DNA of 37,910 bases from a virus, in the IMG/VR virus record IMGVR_UViG_3300045391_001131, positions 1-37,910 of that record; one strand, written 5' to 3'. A model generated the notes under the pieces. The model was not told where the DNA came from. It searched no databases and saw only the letters and a list, made by a program, of their open reading frames with translations. Made by a program: the position numbers and the translations under genes. Shown piece by piece: positions 32,687 through 37,910 of this stretch. Within the stretch, counting starts at the first letter, position 1, and each line of letters begins with the position of its first letter.

Positions 32687-34278
32687 ATGCACCAGCCGAC
32701 CTATTCACCGACGCGCCAGCCCCGAAACTAGACGCCAGTTTGTTCACAGACGAACCAGCGCCCAGCTATAGCGGAGTTGAATCCTTCGCCCGCGGTGCGG
32801 CGAATAACTTCCCGCTCGCTCCGCAAGCGATCGCGGCCCTGGAGCCTGGATCTTACTCGCAGAACCTCTCCGAGTGGAATCAAAAAGCCGCACAAGCCAA
32901 GGCTGCAAACCCTGTCAGCTACGGTGCTGGAGCCGTGACGGGAGCGGTCGCGCCCGCTTTCATTCCGGGTGTTGGCGAAATCATGGAGGCGTCGCCGATT
33001 CTAGCCAACGCCGGGCTTGGGGCTGCCTCTGCCATCTCGAATACTGATCTTTTGGCACACCCGGGCGAAGCCGCGAAACAGGGGCTAGAGGGCGGCTTGA
33101 TCGGCGGTGCAGTTGGCAAGGTGGCCTCTATGCTGCCGGGCCCAGAAACGATGCTTGCTAAGGCGACGAGCCCGGAGGCCGTCGCGGCCAAGCTGGCCAA
33201 TCCTGGCATGAAAGCCACGCCGATCGGCGATTTGGCCGAGCAAACACTTCCGAAGATGGGAAAGATATTTGACGACAAAATCAAAGCGATGGACGACGCA
33301 GCGCGGGCGACTCTCAGCAAATCGCACTATCCAGAAGAAGGGGCGGTCTCTAAGGATAGCCTCCTCCGGACGATCGCCGGAGTAAAAGGGAATCTCTCTG
33401 TCGGTGGCGGCGGCCTGGTTGGCAGCTCTGCCAAGCGTGCGGTTGGGCTTTTGGACAGCATCGCTGATGATATTCAAGGTCTCGGGAGCAACGTCCATGG
33501 GACTCTGAAGTCAATCATGGGCGCCCCATCGATCACACGACAGTCCGACTACGTTTCTCAGGACACGATCAAAGATGTCATTCAGAACCTGGACGCGAAT
33601 ATCAATTGGGACGACCCAGCAGCGAGCCAAGTAAACGGTGCGTTAGCGAATCTTCGCACTGTGCTAGACGACCATTTAAAGCAATCGAACGACGCCTATC
33701 GGGAGGCCATGGAGCCGCTATCGAGCGCGATCCGCACTCGGGATGAATTCCTGCGGAAGATGTCGCTTAAAAGCATGCCGGGCGGTGGTTATACGCCGAG
33801 TGACCTCACCGTAGGCAAGCTAAACACTGCCCTGAAGGACTCGAAACTCGATACCGGGAAGATGCTCGATCGAGCCCAGGAAATGACGGGAGAAGACGTC
33901 AAAACGCCACTCCTCTTGCGTCAGTTTGAAGGTCCAACACCTGAAAATCCGGCTGGGACAGCTTCCAAGATTGGTGCTGGCATGGTCGGCGCTGCTCTCG
34001 GCCATGGATTGGGGGTTGAAGGTATGGGACTCGGCGCCGTTCTTGGGCACCGAGCCTTGCATGAACCCATGTCGATCGCGGGCAGGCGTGGCTCTGAGTG
34101 GATTCTCGACAATGTCATGGCGAATCCGGCACTCCGAAGTTTTCTGCCAGCTCTCTCGGCCGCGGCTCAGCGCGGGACGAATTCGCTCATCGCGAACCAT
34201 TTCATCTTGATGCAACAGGACCCGGAGTACAACAAGGCGTTCAACGAGGGGATGAATGGTACTAGCCCAGGAAGATAG
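32683..34278 (+). CDS. Internal virion protein candidate 4 with glycine-zipper segments
   Basis: 531 aa from the ATGA-coupled ATG 32683. Contains GAGAVTGAVAPAFIPGVG and GAGMVGAALGHGLGVEGMGLGAVLGH segments. Confidence 0.45.
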   Translation: MNAPADLFTDAPAPKLDASLFTDEPAPSYSGVESFARGAANNFPLAPQAIAALEPGSYSQNLSEWNQKAAQAKAANPVSYGAGAVTGAVAPAFIPGVGEIMEASPILANAGLGAASAISNTDLLAHPGEAAKQGLEGGLIGGAVGKVASMLPGPETMLAKATSPEAVAAKLANPGMKATPIGDLAEQTLPKMGKIFDDKIKAMDDAARATLSKSHYPEEGAVSKDSLLRTIAGVKGNLSVGGGGLVGSSAKRAVGLLDSIADDIQGLGSNVHGTLKSIMGAPSITRQSDYVSQDTIKDVIQNLDANINWDDPAASQVNGALANLRTVLDDHLKQSNDAYREAMEPLSSAIRTRDEFLRKMSLKSMPGGGYTPSDLTVGKLNTALKDSKLDTGKMLDRAQEMTGEDVKTPLLLRQFEGPTPENPAGTASKIGAGMVGAALGHGLGVEGMGLGAVLGHRALHEPMSIAGRRGSEWILDNVMANPALRSFLPALSAAAQRGTNSLIANHFILMQQDPEYNKAFNEGMNGTSPGR

Positions 34279-34289
34279 TTGCCCCGTCT

Positions 34290-34781
34290 GTGGAAATCCC
34301 ATGGTGGTTGAAGAGGACTGGTCTCTTGGCCGGGTCACTCGCTGCGGGATTCATTACAGGAAGGTGGAGCGTTTCGATCGACTTCGATCTTCCAGCCTTC
34401 TGGACAAACAAGAAAAAGGGGATGCGCATGCCGCCTGAGCTCGTCTATTTCAAGCCCGAAGAAGTCGTCGGGCTCGACCAGGAGCTATGTGCGATGCTGG
34501 ACCTCGCCCGTGGCCATGCTGGGGTTCCTTTCACGATCACATGCGGGCTTAGGACCCAGGCGCAAAATGACGCATTAGCGGGATCATCCGTCAAAGACTC
34601 TGCGCATTTAACTGGCCACGCAGTGGATCTAGCCTGCTCCGATTCAGCGAGTCGCTTTGCGATGATCAAGGCTTTGCTTGGGGTGGGTTTCACGCGAATC
34701 GGCGTCTATTCGGCCCACGTCCACGTCGACAATTCTAAGACGCTTCCGCAAAACGTCATCTGGTACGCACAAGGCGCATGA
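34290..34781 (+). CDS. Peptidase M15-type endolysin, possibly with N-terminal SAR/TM extension
   Basis: Zn-peptidase motifs SAHLTGHAVD (H-x6-D) and HVHVD (H-x-H). The canonical domain starts near ATG 34422 (AAAGGGG upstream). The in-frame GTG at 34290 would add WWLKRTGLLAGSLAAGFITGRW, a Gly/Ala-rich weakly hydrophobic helix. Confidence 0.75.
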   Translation: MEIPWWLKRTGLLAGSLAAGFITGRWSVSIDFDLPAFWTNKKKGMRMPPELVYFKPEEVVGLDQELCAMLDLARGHAGVPFTITCGLRTQAQNDALAGSSVKDSAHLTGHAVDLACSDSASRFAMIKALLGVGFTRIGVYSAHVHVDNSKTLPQNVIWYAQGA

Positions 34782-35065
34782 ATATCATCCAAGCCATCAA
34801 GGCGCTTTTCGCAGCAAAAAGGCTAGTTGAATCGGAAATCAAGGAGGCTAAGATTATGAATTCAGTCGGAAAACCTGCATGGAAAACGACCGAGTTTTAC
34901 TTCAATGTCGCAACCCAAATAGGGATCGTATGGAGTACGGTCCAAGGGTTCCTCCCGCCGAAATATGCCGCGATCATTTCGACGGCTGGAGTGGCAATCT
35001 ATACCGTTGCTCGTACGATCGCTAAGGCTGTGACGGATGTTCAAAACATCAAGGCGAATCAATAG
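34778..35065 (+). CDS. Holin-like protein (two TM helices)
   Basis: 95 aa, ATGA-coupled to the endolysin. TM1 FYFNVATQIGIVWSTVQGFL, TM2 YAAIISTAGVAIYTVARTIA. Confidence 0.55.
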   Translation: MNIIQAIKALFAAKRLVESEIKEAKIMNSVGKPAWKTTEFYFNVATQIGIVWSTVQGFLPPKYAAIISTAGVAIYTVARTIAKAVTDVQNIKANQ

Positions 35066-35083
35066 AGATCGGCTCGGCCGCCA

Positions 35084-35401
35084 ATGGATAAAATCGCAAT
35101 GCGAGAATGGGTTTCCTCGCTCGAGGAAATCGTCGACAATAAATTACGCAAATGGCGAAAAAGTCACACTATCGAAAATGGCGAAGTGGTGCAACTTCGC
35201 TGGCAGTTTGAGCAATCGCACATCCAGATAGATGTGTTTTGGCCGGACAAAAAAGAGGGGATCATCCTCCAGTACCTCAGCCCACGGACCAATCATTCCT
35301 ATTATTGGCATGGGTTAGATGATCGGACATTCAATAAAGTGATGGATCGGGTGGGAAATCTCGCTCAGGTAACAATGCACCCGCCAATCGAGCCGGACTA
35401 G
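35084..35401 (+). CDS. Hypothetical protein (105 aa), lower-GC
   Basis: ORF in series with the operon. No SD or motifs recognised. Confidence 0.5.
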   Translation: MDKIAMREWVSSLEEIVDNKLRKWRKSHTIENGEVVQLRWQFEQSHIQIDVFWPDKKEGIILQYLSPRTNHSYYWHGLDDRTFNKVMDRVGNLAQVTMHPPIEPD

Positions 35402-35404
35402 AAT

Positions 35405-35905
35405 GTGGATGATCGACGAGACGAATGGAGGCGCGGGGTCGACGAAAATCTCGCCTCGCTAAATGCTGGCCAACGCGTTTGGGAGCGCGAGATCGGAGCC
35501 ATACGGAAAATCCTTTCCGACATTGATTTCCTTCTCCGTGGCGACCCTAAAAAAGAAACGGATGGTTTAGTAGCACGACTTCACAAGCAAGAGAACGAAA
35601 TCAATCTGCTGAAGGCGATTATTCTGAAGGATGCCGTCGGCAACAAAGGCCTTGTCGGGCGAGTCGAGCAGTTGGAAGGCGGCCGCGAGGATCGCCGCGG
35701 CCTTTGGAAGAACCTCACCAGCATAGTCGTGGCTGCCCTCATGTCCGGCCTCTTAACCCACTTCTGGGGCGACATTTGGCATTGGACGACCCGGAAATCA
35801 ACCGATCCCGTTGAGCAAATGATTGAACGCGCCAAGCGCCCCAAGTCCCGTCGGCACCATGTTTCGCCTGCGCCAGTCGTTGAGCCTGAAACCCCGGAAG
35901 ATTAA
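35405..35905 (+). CDS. Coiled-coil protein with C-proximal TM helix (lysis-associated?), 166 aa
   Basis: GTG start. TM segment LTSIVVAALMSGLLTHFWGDIW followed by a basic tail. Its position after endolysin/holin suggests a lysis accessory role, which is unproven. Confidence 0.5.
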   Translation: MDDRRDEWRRGVDENLASLNAGQRVWEREIGAIRKILSDIDFLLRGDPKKETDGLVARLHKQENEINLLKAIILKDAVGNKGLVGRVEQLEGGREDRRGLWKNLTSIVVAALMSGLLTHFWGDIWHWTTRKSTDPVEQMIERAKRPKSRRHHVSPAPVVEPETPED

Positions 35906-36042
35906 AAGTGAGTGGAGCGGCCTTCGCTATCGTGACAGCGGAAGAGCGCCTCCGCGAAATACCAGCACAGCACGAAAGGGAAGGCGAGCACATGCCCCAG
36001 GAAAAGGGGAAGATGCCTAAGTTGAGGTCTAGTCGAGGCCAT
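35902..36042 (-). CDS. Possible 46-aa membrane peptide on the minus strand
   Basis: Internal ATG of ORF 35902..36198(-), with GGAGA about 10 nt upstream. Reads MASTRPQLRHLPLFLGHVLAFPFVLCWYFAEALFRCHDSEGRSTHF. Weak. Confidence 0.25.
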   Translation of the reverse strand: MASTRPQLRHLPLFLGHVLAFPFVLCWYFAEALFRCHDSEGRSTHF

Positions 36043-36095
36043 TACCAATGTATCTCCATTAACGTCATATAACAGACATTCTAGTAAATTACTTC

Positions 36096-36124
36096 TTGAA
36101 AATAATGGTAAGGTAAGGTATGAC
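36096..36124 (+). promoter_or_regulatory. Promoter-like element placing +1 on the ATG of ORF 36131 (leaderless)
   Basis: TTGAAA (36096-36101), 17-nt spacer, TATGAC (36119-36124). The ATG lies 7 nt after the -10 with no SD. Overlaps inverted repeat GGTATG-AC-CATACC (36117-36130). Confidence 0.45.
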
Positions 36125-36130
36125 CATACC

Positions 36131-36319
36131 ATGAAGCGTGTGGGCTTCTGCGGTCCCAAGTACGAGCGTACCTCCTGCCGAGAATGCGGGCGCGTCATCG
36201 AACCGCCTCGAAACCGCTCCGATGCCCTAGCCCAAAAAAGGGGCTTCTGCCGAACCGTATGCGAAGAAAATTTTGACTTCGCTTACAGTTTCTGGAAAAA
36301 GAGCCACAACATCATTTAA
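36131..36319 (+). CDS. Small zinc-ribbon-like protein (62 aa)
   Basis: Contains CGPKYERTSCRECG...CRTVCEENF. The AT-rich upstream region has a promoter-like element. Confidence 0.5.
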   Translation: MKRVGFCGPKYERTSCRECGRVIEPPRNRSDALAQKRGFCRTVCEENFDFAYSFWKKSHNII

Positions 36320-36352
36320 ACGGCTCCAGGTGGACCACTAGGCGCCACCTAA

Positions 36353-36361
36353 TGGTATGCT
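36353..36361 (+). promoter_or_regulatory. Extended -10 element (TGgTATGCT) placing +1 on the ATG of ORF 36368 (leaderless)
   Basis: TGGTATGCT ends 7 nt before ATG 36368. No SD. Same TAATGGTAT context as the early promoter -10 at 681-689. Confidence 0.4.
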
Positions 36362-36367
36362 CTGGGA

Positions 36368-36568
36368 ATGGAACTCACGGTCTCCCGGAAAATTTACATT
36401 GGCAGCGGTGACAATGGCCGCCGCTTAATGAACGCCATCCAGGAAAAAGCCGACAAGCTTTTCAACGGGAATGTCTCGCGCGCCCTTATCTGGACCTTCT
36501 GTGAAAAGCACGGGATCGACCCCCGCACCGGCGAACCCGCCAAGACAAAGACGAAGTGTAGCGATTAA
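36368..36568 (+). CDS. Ribbon-helix-helix-like small DNA-binding protein (66 aa) next to attP/int (RDF or immunity regulator candidate)
   Basis: RKIYIGSGDNGRRLMNAIQEKADKLFNGNVSRALIWTFCEKHGI reads as a beta-strand plus two helices. Confidence 0.5.
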   Translation: MELTVSRKIYIGSGDNGRRLMNAIQEKADKLFNGNVSRALIWTFCEKHGIDPRTGEPAKTKTKCSD

Positions 36569-36574
36569 ATCTGC

Positions 36575-36602
36575 TGTGCCCACTGTGCCCGCTTTTGTGC
36601 CC
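36575..36602 (+). repeat. Three direct TGTGCCC heptamers (candidate integrase arm-type sites, P arm)
   Basis: TGTGCCC at 36575-36581, 36584-36590 and 36596-36602. Confidence 0.6.
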
Positions 36603-36730
36603 AATCGCCCCTACTTTTCATGTCTTAGCGTGGACGTTGTTGGACGATGCCCTCCGTCTGAGATGCTCGCAAAAGGTGTACAACCGTCGGACAACAAGTG
36701 ACTCGTCGTTGACTCCAGGCCCGGGAGCTT

Positions 36731-36764
36731 TGCCCATCAGTTTTATCGACGGATGGGCAGTTTT
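36731..36764 (+). promoter_or_regulatory. Inverted repeat TGCCCATC-N13-GATGGGCA followed by GTTTT (candidate attP core sites and/or terminator of the 36131-36568 unit)
   Basis: Arms at 36731-36738 and 36752-36759. They share TGCCC with the heptamer repeats. T4 at 36761-36764. Confidence 0.45.
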
Positions 36765-36766
36765 GA

Positions 36767-36785
36767 TGTGCCCGTTGTTGTGCCC
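36767..36785 (+). repeat. Two direct TGTGCCC heptamers (candidate arm-type sites, P' arm)
   Basis: TGTGCCC at 36767-36773 and 36779-36785, just before the integrase stop codon (36788). Confidence 0.6.
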
Positions 36786-36787
36786 GG

Positions 36788-37801
36788 TCACTCGGGCAAC
36801 TGTGGGAGCTGGTTAATAGCGTGGTCAGTAAAGCTGCCGGGGATGAGATGGGAGTAAATCTCCGTCGTGGAGATTTTGGAGTGACCCATCCATTCCTTGA
36901 TGAATTTCAGAGGTACTCCATTTGAGGCAAGATGGGCGCCGAAGCAGTGGCGCAGCGTATGAATTGAGCCCCTGAGATTAGCTTTGCGAACCAGGCGTCC
37001 AAAATACGTTGTCATTGTGCCAATGGTTGGTCGTTCGCCAGCCTCAGAAAAAACATAGGAATCTCCGTTTTTAATGGAGAGTAGGTATTCGCGCAGATCC
37101 GGGGCCATTGGGATGAATCGGCGTTCGTGATCTTTGGGAATCCAGGTGTCAGATGGAGCGATGTGAATCCGGTTACGTTCAAAATCCACTTCCTTCCATG
37201 GCAGTTCGCGAATTTCTGCGCGGCGTAGGCCTGCTCGCGAGCCTAGATAAAGCAAGGTCTTCCATAAACCATGGCAGTGCTCCCGTAATTGCAGGAGCTC
37301 CGCGAGCGTCCAGAAGCACAGTCGGCCTTTCGGCGTTTTTATGTATTTGTTAACGGTCCAATCCTGCCGCGCTACGTATCCATAGGCTTCAGCCTTTCTC
37401 ATAGCTGATCGGATTGAGCGAAGGTCGCGGTTGATGACATACTTCCCGCGGCCGGCAGCGATCCATGCCGGCTTTATAATTTCTTCGAGAAAGTGAGGAG
37501 TGATTTGATTTATCCGTTGTACTGTGACGATCGCTTCCATTTCCCTGAAAGCGCGCGCCTCGGCCTGCCAGGTCCGTATATTTTTGTTTAGCTTGGATGC
37601 TCGGAGAAGCTCATCGCGAAATGTCGGCCATGAGGCGTTCGTTGGCGCGTGACCATGGCGGGCGGCATTGCGGTTCTTAATTAATTCGCCGAGACGTTCC
37701 TCAGCGATCCGGCGGTCGGTAGAAAGGGGCTTGCGAATTTCATCGCCGTTGATGCGGATGCGTGAATACCAAACCTTCCCTCGTTTATAAATCTTAGCCA
37801 T
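36788..37801 (-). CDS. int: Tyrosine-recombinase integrase
   Basis: 337 aa. C-terminal catalytic signature HTLRHCFGAHLASNG...GHSKISTTEIYSHL (H-x-x-R ... H ... Y) plus an upstream LRRAE Arg. SD GGAGGA 7 nt upstream on the minus strand. Confidence 0.93.
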   Translation of the reverse strand: MAKIYKRGKVWYSRIRINGDEIRKPLSTDRRIAEERLGELIKNRNAARHGHAPTNASWPTFRDELLRASKLNKNIRTWQAEARAFREMEAIVTVQRINQITPHFLEEIIKPAWIAAGRGKYVINRDLRSIRSAMRKAEAYGYVARQDWTVNKYIKTPKGRLCFWTLAELLQLREHCHGLWKTLLYLGSRAGLRRAEIRELPWKEVDFERNRIHIAPSDTWIPKDHERRFIPMAPDLREYLLSIKNGDSYVFSEAGERPTIGTMTTYFGRLVRKANLRGSIHTLRHCFGAHLASNGVPLKFIKEWMGHSKISTTEIYSHLIPGSFTDHAINQLPQLPE

Positions 37802-37862
37802 GCGAGATTCCTCCTAACGGTCCTCGTACCGCTGCCTCCACAGTTGTAACGGTCGCTTGATT

Positions 37863-37910
37863 TCTCTTATTTTTTGATGTACATATGGTGGGCTCTGGTA
37901 GGGTATGAGC
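37863..37910. repeat. Terminal direct repeat, copy 2 (identical to 1-48)
   Basis: Same 48-mer as bases 1-48. It starts 61 nt beyond the integrase start codon. Confidence 0.97.

Larger units (their letters stand above)
1..37910. mobile_element. Self-contained temperate tailed-phage genome (podovirus-like gene order), apparently complete and circularly closed
   Basis: Identical 48-nt ends. Tyrosine integrase plus attP-like repeat field. Divergent repressor/early-promoter switch. Replication/recombination module. terS-terL-portal-scaffold-capsid-tail-internal protein-lysis order. Nearly all ORFs on + strand with tight or overlapping junctions. No tape-measure, sheath or tail-tube candidates seen. 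Confidence 0.8.

Noticed and set aside
34778-36130. A spanin pair downstream of the endolysin/holin genes.
   Set aside because: No ORF with a lipobox (L-x-x-C after a signal) and no N-terminal-TM periplasmic coiled-coil protein were found in any frame by eye. The 166-aa protein has its TM near the C-terminus, which is unlike i-spanins.
1-37910. CRISPR arrays, tRNA/tmRNA genes, a reverse transcriptase/DGR template-variable repeat pair, and IS elements.
   Set aside because: No spaced identical repeats, cloverleaf-like sequences, RT (YxDD) ORF or transposase-like ORF were seen on either strand. The fibre-like genes have no nearby near-identical template repeat.

Overview
The window reads as one self-contained temperate tailed-phage genome of about 37.9 kb. 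Its first and last 48 nt are identical, which fits a circular assembly overlap or short terminal repeat. About 70 tightly packed ORFs lie almost entirely on the + strand, many with GGAGG-type SDs or ATGA/TAATG coupling.

Layout:
- 36.8-37.8 kb and 0.1-0.65 kb: leftward lysogeny arm with a tyrosine integrase and small RHH-like regulators. An attP-like field of TGTGCCC repeats lies just 3' of int.
- 0.64-0.70 kb: divergent switch built on a GTTGTACAAC palindrome.
- 0.8-10.5 kb: rightward early region. It holds an Xis/HTH_17-like protein, a Sak4/AAA_24-like ATPase, a DUF669-like protein, a replisome-organizer-like protein, a stand-alone DnaB N-terminal-domain protein, a nuclease-like protein, many small Cys-rich ORFs and a secreted CBM-like protein.
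- 10.69 kb: a second promoter carrying the same operator and followed at once by an intrinsic terminator.
- 12.0-34.3 kb: podovirus-like late module (terS, terL, portal, scaffold, capsid, fibre-like proteins, adaptor/nozzle-like proteins, four Q/N/G-rich internal-protein candidates).
- 34.3-35.9 kb: lysis cassette with an M15 peptidase and a holin-like protein.

I saw no phage DNA or RNA polymerase, tape measure, sheath, tRNA, CRISPR array or reverse transcriptase.

Most unusual observations:
- Four co-translated ORFs with canonical Sec signal peptides sit between portal and scaffold, and a fibre-like ORF has a fifth.
- The same 13-nt operator occurs in two promoters 10 kb apart. The second forms a promoter-terminator unit, giving either a ~60-nt RNA or an antitermination checkpoint.
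- Hairpin/U-tract elements abut start codons ahead of the packaging genes.
- A low-GC cassette is bracketed by 21-nt direct repeats that include stop codons.
- Small regulators near attP appear to be leaderless.

All functional calls come from reading the sequence and translations by eye. No database search was run. GC statements are visual impressions, apart from one rough hand count over 10024-10326.
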